This document shows positions 51,072 to 60,930 of a stretch of DNA of 64,000 nt, in pieces. Made by a program: the position numbers and the translations under genes. The stretch is taken from positions 104,641 through 168,640 of the forward strand of contig CAVXWP010000013.1 of NCBI GenBank assembly GCA_963765495.1, read 5' to 3'. Within the stretch, counting starts at the first letter, position 1. Every line of letters begins with the position of its first letter. Origin of the DNA: Blastocatellia bacterium (GTDB taxonomy: Bacteria > Acidobacteriota > Blastocatellia > UBA7656). Under the pieces are notes generated by a model. That model ran no database searches. It worked only from the letters and a program-made list of their open reading frames with translations, and was not told the origin of the DNA.

Positions 51072-53699
51072 ATGAAGCATTTTGCCTGTCGCACAGTCAT
51101 CACTCTGTTCCTGATCTTTTCATTTCTGCTGTTTTCTGGCGTACCAAGACGAGGCGCAGAAAGTTCGACCGCAATCGCTGCCGAGGCAGCAAGAGAGACT
51201 CCCCATACCCCTGCCGGAAACCGCACGCCATTCAAAAGACAGCCTTTGCGTTTTGAGGTCAATCGCGGACAAACCGACGCGCAGGCTCACTTCATCGCCA
51301 GAGCCAGTGACAGCACCCTCTTTCTAGCCTCACAGGAGGCCGTGTTGCGTCTGCCCAGAATGATGGCAAAGCCTGAGACCAGACACGCGGCTCACAAAAA
51401 GGCTTTTGAAGCTATTTCACAACCGGGCGAAAACGCAGTCATTCGCCTGCGTCCCGTTGGCAGCAATCCAGAGCCACGCATCACAGGCGAAGATAAATTG
51501 CCTGGCGTGTCAAACTATTTCATCGGCAACGATCCACGAAAATGGCGAACAAATGTCGAAGCCTATGCGAAGGTTAAATATGAAAATCTCTATCCGGGCA
51601 TAGATTTGATCTATTACGGCAACGAAGCCGGAGAGATCGAATATGACTTCAAAGTGTCTGCGGGGGCCAACCCTGCGTTGATAGCCATGTCGGTTGAAGG
51701 AGCGGAAAGGCTCGAAATAGATGAGCAGACGGGCGATTTGATTTTAGAGACAACAGTTGGCCGTCTTCGACAGCACGCGCCGCTCATCTATCAAGAGGTC
51801 AACGGCAAGCGTCAGGAGATCGCCGGACGTTATCGGTTCGTTACAGATGAAAAGGAAGTCCAAAATCCAAAATCGAATACCCAAAATCCCCTGATCGCTT
51901 TTTCGCTTGAAGATTACGATGAGAGCAAGCCGCTTGTGATTGACCCGGTCGTCGTCTATTCGACTTTGCTGGGCGGTGCGGCGGGCAACTTCGACGCCGC
52001 AAGAGACGTGGCGGTTGACTCGCAAGGCAACGCGTACATTACCGGGCGGACGGAATCGAGCGATTTCCCGACGCGCAATGCGCGGGATGGAGTGCCGCCG
52101 CAGAGATTCGCATCCAAGGCGTTCATCGCAAAATTCGCGCCGGATGGAACATTGATTTACTCGACGTTTTTAGGCGGCGCGGACGGCAGCAGCGGTGCTG
52201 ACGCCATCGCCGTAGATGCGACGGGAGCGATCTATGTCGCGGGAACTGCGAACCCTGGCTTCCCAATCATCAACGCGTTTCAACCGACTGCGGGCAGTTT
52301 CTCCGATGCCTTCATCACCAAACTGAATGCTGACGGCACGATGATTATCTATTCGAGCTTTCTGGGTGGCAATCAGGGTGAAAGCGTAAGAGACCTCAAG
52401 CTGGATGCGCAGAATAATATTTACCTTCTTGGCGAAATTTCTGGGCGCGGCGCGGCGAGTGTGACTTTTCCAACGGTCAATCCGACCCAGGCAAACTATG
52501 GCGGCGGCGACAGCGATATGTTTTTATCGGTAGTTTCGGCAACCGGAACGAGCCTGTTGTTCTCTACTTTTGCTGGCGGCAATGGCGACGAGGAAGCGAC
52601 TTCGGTTTCGGTTTCATCCGATGGAAAACTGATAGAGATTGTCGGCGCAAGTAATTCGACGAACCTGACCACAGGCGGGATTGCTCCGCATGCAACTGAC
52701 CCAAGCTGTGACACATTAGAGTCAATTTTGGTTGAACTGAAGAGCCTTGGAATAGACGTTGATATTACCGCTAGGATAGTCGAATTATCATATGTGCTCA
52801 ACAAAAAGACGACAGAGGTGACCTGCACGGACATAGTAAAAACACTTTTAAAGAACCAAAACTCAACAAGTGGGGTGGTTCTCGGCAGTGGACAACCATC
52901 TGCCTCTGGTAGCGGTCTGGTAAGCCCATCGTCACAAACCGTACAGGCAACGGGCGGAGGATTCGATGTCGGCATTGCAACTTTCGATCAAAATTATGTC
53001 TTTACCCCGAAGGTTAGTTTTGGCGGCAGCCGTAACGAATTTGTTTCATGTGGTGTGAGAGACCAGCGCGGCGCAATCTATATCACTGGGGATACCAACT
53101 CGACCGACTTGCCAACTGTCAATCCGACGCAAGCCACACGCGGTGGCGTAAACGAAAACGGGTTTGTCGTCGTCTTTGCTCCAGACACCTATGACGTGTT
53201 GTTTGCAACCTATCTCGGCGGCGACGGATTTACCCTCCCGCAAAGCATCGACGTTGACCCGCAAGGAAACATCTTTGTCGCCGGCGTCGTCACCATCGGA
53301 ACAACGTTCCCGTCAACGCCGGGCGCGTTTCAACGCGAACGCAAAGGCCGCAACGACGCGTTCCTGGTCAAATATTCGCCCGTCGACATCCCCATCGGGC
53401 CGGACTTTTCGCTCTCCTTCAGCCCCTCGACCATCACCACTTCATACGGCAAAACCAAAGTCACAGCCGACATCAATCGCACCGGCGGATTCACGGGAAA
53501 CGTCACGATTACGCCAGCAACCGACTGGCCCGAAGGCATAGTTCTAAAAGGCGGTTCAGCTTCAACGACCGGGGGCCGGGTCACTTTCAAATTGAAGGTG
53601 AAAGCCAAGGCCGCGCCCGGTTCGCATTTGCTGACCTTCAAAGCCAGGGACAATTCGGGAAGAGAAAGAATCGCGACACTCAATTTGATTTTGCAATAG
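51072..53699 (+). CDS. Secreted SBBP (beta-propeller) repeat protein
   Basis: Signal peptide; FEVNRGQ, SNYFIGND, YPGIDL, PLVIDP, repeated YSTFLGG / AVDxxGNAYITG. AAGGAG RBS before ATG 51072. Confidence 0.9.
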   Translation: MKHFACRTVITLFLIFSFLLFSGVPRRGAESSTAIAAEAARETPHTPAGNRTPFKRQPLRFEVNRGQTDAQAHFIARASDSTLFLASQEAVLRLPRMMAKPETRHAAHKKAFEAISQPGENAVIRLRPVGSNPEPRITGEDKLPGVSNYFIGNDPRKWRTNVEAYAKVKYENLYPGIDLIYYGNEAGEIEYDFKVSAGANPALIAMSVEGAERLEIDEQTGDLILETTVGRLRQHAPLIYQEVNGKRQEIAGRYRFVTDEKEVQNPKSNTQNPLIAFSLEDYDESKPLVIDPVVVYSTLLGGAAGNFDAARDVAVDSQGNAYITGRTESSDFPTRNARDGVPPQRFASKAFIAKFAPDGTLIYSTFLGGADGSSGADAIAVDATGAIYVAGTANPGFPIINAFQPTAGSFSDAFITKLNADGTMIIYSSFLGGNQGESVRDLKLDAQNNIYLLGEISGRGAASVTFPTVNPTQANYGGGDSDMFLSVVSATGTSLLFSTFAGGNGDEEATSVSVSSDGKLIEIVGASNSTNLTTGGIAPHATDPSCDTLESILVELKSLGIDVDITARIVELSYVLNKKTTEVTCTDIVKTLLKNQNSTSGVVLGSGQPSASGSGLVSPSSQTVQATGGGFDVGIATFDQNYVFTPKVSFGGSRNEFVSCGVRDQRGAIYITGDTNSTDLPTVNPTQATRGGVNENGFVVVFAPDTYDVLFATYLGGDGFTLPQSIDVDPQGNIFVAGVVTIGTTFPSTPGAFQRERKGRNDAFLVKYSPVDIPIGPDFSLSFSPSTITTSYGKTKVTADINRTGGFTGNVTITPATDWPEGIVLKGGSASTTGGRVTFKLKVKAKAAPGSHLLTFKARDNSGRERIATLNLILQ

Positions 53700-53913
53700 T
53701 TTGCAGGGCCGCAAGGCGTAGTTCTAAAGCGTTCTTTGATGGCCGTTTGCGGCCCCGCTGAACGTGAGCGTTAAACGCACAGGAAGTCGGTCTGTGAAAA
53801 TAGACGACACTGATAGCCATCACTCGGAAGTGAATTTGCCTTTGCCAGTCTCTCGGTTACAATCAACCCGCCGTGCTATTGGAGGATTGCTGGTTTACAG
53901 GAAGCGATCTGAG

Positions 53914-54240
53914 TGGAGTTGACCCGGTTTAGTGGACAGGAGAACATTTTCCAGAAAGGAGTCCACGATGCCAAGAACACACAAACCTTACTCACAGGAA
54001 TTTCGTCAATCAATGGTCGAACTCGTCCGCGCTGGTCGTTCTCCTAACCAACTCGCTAGGGAGTTTGAGCCTTCTGCTCAGGTCATCCGTAATTGGGTCA
54101 AACAGGCCGACCTCGATCAGGGTCTGAGTGATGATGGGCTGACCACTTCCGATCGCGATGAACTCCAGAGATTGCGCCGCGAGAATCGTCGCCTTAAAGA
54201 AGAACGTGAAATCCTAAAAAAAGCCGCTGCCTTCTTTGCT
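53914..54240 (+). mobile_element. IS3-family fragment (left end + orfA only)
   Basis: TG-starting end TGGAGTTGACCCGGTTTAGTGGACA; orfA from 53968 (YSQEFR...LRRENRRLKEEREILKKAAAFFA), then abrupt truncation. Confidence 0.88.
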
Positions 54241-55295
54241 CCCTCCTCCAAACCTCACTCCCGCAACTGCCCAGATTCGCTCTGCCATATGATAGAAATC
54301 CATTATCCTTGTTGCACCTTAGAAGATCATTTCCACCGTCTGGTCTATCCATTCTGCTCCATCTCCTATGACGACTATCCTATCTGTTTGCCTCACTCCC
54401 ACTCTTATCATCAAGCCCCAAAGCCTCCGCCGAAACTCCTCGACCTTGCCTCTGACCTCGCATACCTGCTTTTGCAACAATTCCCATCTCCGTTTGCTGA
54501 TCTCGACTCGGTCACCCAACTCATAGATTATTCCAACTTTAACTTCCGAACTTCCACCTCCTCGCATTGGAGCCATGAGGCCATCCATCTCTACAATCCA
54601 GACTCGACTTTGCGCTTGCTCTGCTTTTACCCCAACCAATTCGACCATTCCTTTCTGCTGTGCCAGATGGGTTGATTCTTCTTCAATCAGGTCGGCCTCC
54701 TCTCCTACTGCTTCTGCCACAGTTTCGACTTGTCGGCTTGAGAGCTTCACATTACCTATCTCTTGCAAGACAAGTGTTGCTGTTGAGAAAGATAGATGTG
54801 CACTCAACAAGGATAAGGCTCGCTCAAGGCCAGCCGATATTTCTCTCTTGCTTTGTCCCAACTCCTCATCGAAAGGGCAACGACTGGCCCCACACTCTCG
54901 ACAGTAGTAATAAGGTCTTGAGAAAGTAATCTCGCCGACAAGAGTGCGAACACGACGTTGAGCCAATCGCTGGAAGGAGAGTCGCCCAACTTCACACTGG
55001 CAATCAAATGAAGCAGGGACGGCACAGGGATCAGGCTGATGGATAGAGCGTTGAAGGCCGATGAGAGCGACTTTACGCCCCAATTGTTGAGCAGTTTTTT
55101 CCAAGACAGAAACCTTGCCCGCTTCTAGGGGATTGAGTTTTTGGAATTGCTCAAGCTGTTGGCTCCACTGGGTGACAGCTTCTATAATCTCATCAACTAA
55201 GGTCATAGTGGGATAGGAATCCTTTCTTTTGGATATTGTATTTGTGGAATCTATCCCCTTTGACCTCTTTCTTACAACTTTGACTTCGTACACCC
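54241..55295 (-). mobile_element. ISKra4-family fragment with truncated transposase pseudogene
   Basis: ORF from 55206 with TLVGEI..RPYYYCRECG, EMDG, IGDGAEWI; an in-frame TAA (54319-54321) is followed by MDFYHMAERIW; putative GGG end at 55295. Confidence 0.8.
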
Positions 55296-55422
55296 GGCAA
55301 GCGACGTGCAGTTGAAGCAGCAGCGAGAGGTAGTGTAAAATCAGCATCTGTCACAAATCTGCCACACAAGGTAAAAGCGACAGGGTGACAGATCTTCTTA
55401 AGTATATGGAAGAACAGGACAA

Positions 55423-55496
55423 GGCGGCGTAGCTCAGGTGGTTAGAGCGTGGGATTCATAACCCCAAGGTCGAAGGTTCAAGTCCTTCCGCCGCTA
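55423..55496 (+). tRNA. tRNA-Met (CAT), elongator-type
   Basis: Full cloverleaf: GGCGGCG/CGCCGCT acceptor stem, D arm, TTCATAA loop, GAAGG-TTCAAGT-CCTTC T arm. CCA not encoded. Confidence 0.93.
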
Positions 55497-55528
55497 CTTA
55501 CAACCACATACATTTCAACAATTAACAA

Positions 55529-56618
55529 CTATCCAACAGCGGCCAGATTCGGTCGCTGTTGCTCTTTGTGGCCCATTTGTGGCCCACTTTCTCGATTTGC
55601 CCCTTCAAGCGCACTAACAGCCCGGCGTTTTGCCTCGCGTGTCGCGTGCGTATAAGTGGCCGTTGTCTTGATGTCCTTATGCCCCATGATAGATGCGATA
55701 GTGAATGGGTCTATTCCTGCCTCGCCCATTCTTGTCGCGGCCGTGTGCCGCAGATCGTGAAACCGCAGCCCTTGAATCTTTGCATCCTGACAGGCCGAAA
55801 CAAACGCTTTCTTGATGTCGGTGATTGCCTTGCCTGTCTTCGGATTCATAAAAAGGTATTCCGAGTCGAGGCCAGCGCAATGGGCCGACAATTCAATGCG
55901 GATAGTTTCATTCATCGGTATTCTGCGATCTTCATCTATCTTGGTTTGGGTTACAAGGATTTCGCCGCGATGAAAATCTAGGTCCGATGTTCCTGAGCCT
56001 TAGAATCTCACCTCGACGCATGCCGGTTTGGAGCGCAAGCATTACGATCATTCGCAGGTGCGACCGCTTGCCTGTGAATTGACCCATCAAACGTGTCTCT
56101 TCATCGGGCAGCAAATAACGGGTTCTGCGAATCTCGCCCTTCAGGTGATCCACTTCCGAAACCGGGTTAATGCGCGCCACACGGTTGCTTATCGCCAGCG
56201 TGTAAATGCGTGATAGCAATTCAAGCTCACGATTGACGGTTGCCTTTGATCTTTGTGCGCCGCGTATAGTTATTGTTTTGCTCCTGTCTATTTTGTACTT
56301 CTCTACAGTGAACGGATTAATATCTATCAGCTTTCTGCCCCCAAAGTATGCTAAGATGGGCTTGAGCCGGGAGACATCATTTCTCCAGGAACGTTTATTA
56401 GCTTTGGCCCAGGGCAGATAGATTTCCTCGACAAACTCTCCGAGGGTCTTATTGCTCTGGGCCGCTCCATATCTACCCTCAAAGATTTCATTTCGGATTT
56501 TCCTTTCCGCTTCCTGTGCAAGATACTTGGTACGCGCTTCCGGGATTGCTCCACGATAGCGCACCCCTTTGATCTTGATGTAGTAGTACCACACCGATCC
56601 ACGCTTGGACACTGACAT
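55529..56618 (-). pseudogene. Tyrosine recombinase/integrase, frameshifted near 55990
   Basis: 5' ORF ends after TGMRRGEILRL; the other frame continues DLDF...TK...RIPMN, RFHDLRHT, IMGH, TYTH. Confidence 0.9.
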
Positions 56619-56620
56619 GG

Positions 56621-56995
56621 CTACTTTTCCCTTTCCCAAGTTGCAGCCAACCGGGATGATGCTATTTTACATTGAATGAGTGATGAGAGTCTATGTTTAG
56701 AATGCCTGTCATTTTCGGGAATAGTCCATTGAAGCAATTCCGCTAACATAAAGATAACTCTACCGTTAGCCTTGCGATAAGGAATCTTTTCTTGAGACAC
56801 CCAAGCTCGAATAGTCTTAGGCTCAACCCTGAGAAGTTCGGCCGCTTCATCGGTTTCAAGAAAGACAATCTGTAGCAGCTTCACGATGTCTTTAGGGGCC
56901 ATACGCCGGGCAAGAATCGCCGCCACTTGGCCCGCTATTTCTTCAATCGAGGGTTGCATGGCTAAAGGTTCTTCAGTGGTTTCCTGGCTATTCAT
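56621..56995 (-). CDS. Excisionase-like HTH (HTH_17-type) protein
   Basis: FLETDEAAELLRVEPKTIRAWVSQEKIPYRK.NGRVIF; ATGA overlap with the upstream gene. Confidence 0.82.
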   Translation of the reverse strand: MNSQETTEEPLAMQPSIEEIAGQVAAILARRMAPKDIVKLLQIVFLETDEAAELLRVEPKTIRAWVSQEKIPYRKANGRVIFMLAELLQWTIPENDRHSKHRLSSLIQCKIASSRLAATWEREK

Positions 56996-58706
56996 TGATC
57001 TATCTCCTGATTGGTTGCGTATCGGGTCCAGCAATAAGCGCAAATTCCTGGCTCTGGTGATGAATCTGTGTAGGACTGTTGGCAGGTTGAGCAAACGCCC
57101 TTGACCTTTGATGAATGCCCCTTGCCGTTGCCATTCATTGGTGATTTGTGCATTTGTGCATCCTCTATAGGGCTTGCACTTTGCACGAATCCTGTATCTG
57201 GTGAGAAATCAGCATTTGGCCACAGGTCTGGTGTATCCGCATTTTGGGCTTTGCATAAACGCCAGGGAGCCTTTTGTGAAGGCTTTTCGATTAGGTTGAG
57301 CCTTTCCGCCTCTGATATTCGATCTTTGATTGTTCGCTCTCCCGCCCGATTCTTGAAGTGTTCGCATATCTTTGTTGTATTCGCCTCGCCACTGGCTACA
57401 TAGTTGGCTATCTCTTGAGCAGTTAAAGGCCCCGGCTTTTGTTCCGGCTTCTCAGCACAGATGAGGAACCATCGAGATTCAAAATCAAGCTCCAACAGGA
57501 CTGGCTCAAATGCTTCACCTTTCGATTTTGAGCAGCTTAGAATTACATACCCTTTACCCTTCGTCTTGTCCCGTTCGAGAGTAAAGACCGTTCTTGATAG
57601 TGCTCCGAATGCGGAAGCACCCCGCCCCTTATAAGCAGCTTCGCCGGTCTGCGATTCATTAGCCTTGCCTATATGGTGAGTGAACACGACAGCACAATTA
57701 ATTTCTCTGGCCAATCGAATAAGGGGTTTCATAACCTTACTACTAACTTCTGCATTTGAATTTTCATCCCTTAGCTCGAAAAGACTTGATACAGTATCAA
57801 TGATGATTAGATCAGCTTGATACTGCTTTGCTATTGCCATAAGCCATTTGAAATGCTGGGGCTTGCTCAGACAAAGTGGTTCGTCCTTGATAAAAGCATC
57901 AACTACTACTATGAAGTTCACACGCGCAAGCGCAGGATTTTTTATTCTGCGTAGCATCTTCCTCAAGTCATCACGCAAGCGACCGGAAGGCGATTCACCA
58001 TCGACAATCAGAATTCGCCTGGGCTTAATGGCATCAGGAGCAAGCGGAATGCACATCTGGCCCCCTGCCAGCGAAAGACAGAGGTTATGGAGCACAGTTG
58101 TTTTTCCAACATTGGTGATGGCATCCAGACAGGCTACTTCGCCGCGATGAACCCCCTTGATGATTTCCTCTGACTCTTCAAGGTCGGCAGCAAACAGCGC
58201 ATCAAGCGAAGCGTAAACGCCGCGTATTGCTTCGCCTGAATTAGTCTCAGAATCTATCGAGAAATTTCTTCGCTGACACTACCCAGGATGGTTTCAAGTT
58301 CTTCTTCGCCATCAGCGAGTTGGGCCATAGCTTGGTTGAAAATAGAGATGGCTTGCCGCTCTCTGGCTTTACGTTTGACGATCCTTGCGTAAGGCTCGAT
58401 AGTGTCTGTTCGTGGTACGCCATCAATGAGTGATGCAATGTAAGTAGCGCCGCCGGTCTGCTCGAAGATTCCGCGAGCTTGCAGGTCGGCGGTCAGAGTA
58501 ATGAGATCAATCGCCATACCCTGTCTGGAAAGGTTGAACTCGGATTCAAGTATTCGCTGGTGAGAGTTGAGAAAGAAATCCCCTATCTCAAGCAATGAGT
58601 CTATTTCAGATATGAGCTTATCATTAAGCAAAGGAGCGCCAAGGATGGTTTTCTCTGCTTCTAAATCAGCGGGCAGACCGTTTTCAAACAGGGCGTCTGA
58701 TTCCAT
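56992..58706 (-). pseudogene. DnaB N-terminal domain fused to RepA/AAA_25-type helicase, frameshifted near 58258
   Basis: LPADLEAEKTILG...DFF..SHQRI...IDLITL (DnaB-N); a shifted frame gives Walker A ITNVGKTT, VDGE, IIIDT, HHIGK, RGASAF. Confidence 0.82.
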
Positions 58707-58864
58707 TATGCCGCCTTCCTGCAATATCGGCGGCACTGCATTTGTTTGTGCCGTTCATGTGGAAAATTCGGAAAGATTCTGGTAATATGTGACATTGCGT
58801 AAATCAAATTTAAGTTTTCGTAATGAAGTCCGGCCGTCTGATACACGCGCCGGGCTTAACTTTG

Positions 58865-59065
58865 TTAATTGCTTATTACCTTTTGTGTTTTTGCCTGTTC
58901 ACGTTCCCGCTTCAAGCGATCCACATCTTCCGCTCGAAAGATGCGATGACCTCCTGCTGTTTTCTCCGCTGGAAGTTTGCCTTTGCGCTCTAATACCCGT
59001 ACATACTCAGCAGAAACGCCTAGCTTTAACGCTGTATCAGTTGTGCCAAGAAATTGCTCTCCCAT
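58865..59065 (-). CDS. MerR/Xis-type HTH protein
   Basis: TTDTALKLGVSAEYVRVLERKGKL...TAGGHRIF...DV; AAAGGAGG RBS. Confidence 0.85.
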   Translation of the reverse strand: MGEQFLGTTDTALKLGVSAEYVRVLERKGKLPAEKTAGGHRIFRAEDVDRLKREREQAKTQKVISN

Positions 59066-59080
59066 AGTTCCTCCTTTAGC

Positions 59081-59096
59081 GTTGAGCATGCTCAAC
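59081..59096. promoter_or_regulatory. Perfect 16-bp palindrome (putative operator) upstream of the MerR-type gene
   Basis: GTTGAGCATGCTCAAC next to the RBS. Confidence 0.5.
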
Positions 59097-59195
59097 ACGG
59101 CAATTAGAGCACAAATCTCTACTTGATTCGGTGCAGTTTACTGCAAGAAATTGGGGATTTTTTGGATTTGTAGAAAAGGGCGTCGGAGAGCGTAA

Positions 59196-60470
59196 CTACT
59201 CTCTCAAGACAGCGCCACGAAGATTCTGCAAGTTGCCGTAAGTATGTTTGAGGTATGTGTAGAAAGTACGTTCGCTAATACGAATGCCAACTATTCCTAC
59301 TATTTCTTCTGTAATTTCAAAGTCAGACGGCTCTCTTTCTTCACGCTCGATAAAGGCTTTGTAAGCCTTGAAAGCCAAGTCTTCGAAATCTTGGAGTGAT
59401 ATTTTCGTGCCCCCTTCTTTGCGGCCAGCATTGCTAAGTTTCCAAAATAGCTTGCGTCCATTCCATATTTTTCTAATCTCCTTTTCTAAATCTGCATCTA
59501 CTTTTAGATTCTTTATCTCTATATCTGGTTTCTGCTTATGACCATGCCGAATTTCAAGAAAGGCTACTGACTCTCGATGCCGAATCCGTATTCGACAAAT
59601 CCAGTAAAGCTTTTTAGGGTCTTCCTTATCAAATACCAACAATCCATTAAATGGATACGGATCAAAGTCAGGGCCGGGAGGTTCTTCAAATTTGGCCCAG
59701 AGGATACCAGTATATGATATATGATACTCTTCCCATTTCTTCCCAAAGGCTTGCCCTTGCTGCCTATCAAAGTACCAATCGAAATACTCTACTTCCTCAC
59801 GTTGTTTGTTCAATTTCTCAGGTGTAGGAAAACCTGGGGGATCACCCTTCCTTACAAGTCGCAATTGGTCAATAAGAATATCAAGGTCTTCAAAGCTCCG
59901 ATCTGTTCCCCCACGATTTCTTAAGAAATCCATATAGCCTAGAGGTAAGGCGCACCAAGAACAGAGATATTCATACTTGTACTCTCCTGATTCAGTCTTA
60001 CCTGTAAATTGCTTCTTCACTGTGGGGGAATCTTCTTCTGGATCATACTCTCGAAGTTCTGCCGGGTCATCAACTGGACTCGAACATTTAGAGCATTTGC
60101 GCTCGCTGTTTCTTTTGTGGGTGCAAGACTCGCAAAAGAAACCCTCATGAGACACCGAGAAGACTTGACGGGTATCAGCTTTTCCGCCGCAATCGGCGCA
60201 TGGATGTATGGACCACAAATCTGGATTTAACTTACCGAGCTTGGCCCCTACGCTCGTATCGAAATGGGCGAGCACCCTATCTGCACACTTGATACGGTCT
60301 TCACTGTTGCCTCTTTGGAGTAATTCGTCACGCGTATGATTCTCGTAATGGTTTAAGCTGAAGCCGAATAGAAAGCCCGTTTCTATTGCCTTCTCTATCG
60401 TTTCACCATAAATATCATCAAATGACTTGGTGCTTGAATCTTCGCCTTTTTTCCTTTTATTCTCAGCCAT
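59196..60470 (-). CDS. Hypothetical protein with four CxxC motifs and C-terminal HTH
   Basis: CADC..CESC, CSKC..CSWC; C-terminal GRKEG...ISERTFYTYLK; low GC. Confidence 0.75.
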   Translation of the reverse strand: MAENKRKKGEDSSTKSFDDIYGETIEKAIETGFLFGFSLNHYENHTRDELLQRGNSEDRIKCADRVLAHFDTSVGAKLGKLNPDLWSIHPCADCGGKADTRQVFSVSHEGFFCESCTHKRNSERKCSKCSSPVDDPAELREYDPEEDSPTVKKQFTGKTESGEYKYEYLCSWCALPLGYMDFLRNRGGTDRSFEDLDILIDQLRLVRKGDPPGFPTPEKLNKQREEVEYFDWYFDRQQGQAFGKKWEEYHISYTGILWAKFEEPPGPDFDPYPFNGLLVFDKEDPKKLYWICRIRIRHRESVAFLEIRHGHKQKPDIEIKNLKVDADLEKEIRKIWNGRKLFWKLSNAGRKEGGTKISLQDFEDLAFKAYKAFIEREEREPSDFEITEEIVGIVGIRISERTFYTYLKHTYGNLQNLRGAVLRE

Positions 60471-60502
60471 GCTCGCCCTCTCTGTAGGCCATCTGTTCCT
60501 GC

Positions 60503-60574
60503 TTTTCGGCTCGCCACCCGCCCAGATATTGCGAGATGTCCTCACACTAGCCGGTGTGAGTGAGCGAGCCAAAA
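60503..60574. ncRNA. Structured RNA-like element (multi-stem, c4-antisense-like)
   Basis: Outer stem TTTTCGGCTCGC/GCGAGCCAAAA enclosing hairpin CTCACAC-TAGCCG-GTGTGAG. Confidence 0.4.
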
Positions 60575-60906
60575 TGTTATTTCCGTAATTTTATCATCGA
60601 AACGCGAAACAGTCAGAGCTTAATCAATAGCGGCCTCTAATGATCTTGGCCAATGGCTTTAATCCTTTCCCCGTGGCGCATATTAGGGGCGATTTGAAGC
60701 CGCACGGCCCTTGCCTGTACATTTTGACCTTTGACCCGTCCGAACGCTTACAGGCGATTCTAGCGCGTCTGAGGCCGGGTTTTCGGTCTACTTATGGCCT
60801 ATCTTCCACCGCTCGCCATTTCGGCCATGTATTTCACGGATTTTCAAGCCATGATTTTCAAGCCTGATATTCACCTTATGAGTATTCAACCGGCCCGGCA
60901 TTTTGA

Positions 60907-60930
60907 TTGATTTTGATTAATCAAAATCAA
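60907..60930. repeat. Perfect 24-bp AT-rich palindrome
   Basis: TTGATTTTGATT|AATCAAAATCAA. Confidence 0.85.

Larger units (their letters stand above)
47846..55461. mobile_element. Decayed integrative island bounded by tRNA 5'-half direct repeats (no integrase left)
   Basis: 41-bp direct repeats; matching arm-type motifs TGCCACAAATATGCCACAC (48007-48025) and TGTCACAAATCTGCCACAC (55349-55367); IS debris and cargo genes. Confidence 0.8.

Noticed and set aside
53932-54675. 247-aa ORF as a real protein
   Set aside because: Chimera of IS3 orfA reading into the antisense strand of the ISKra4 fragment.
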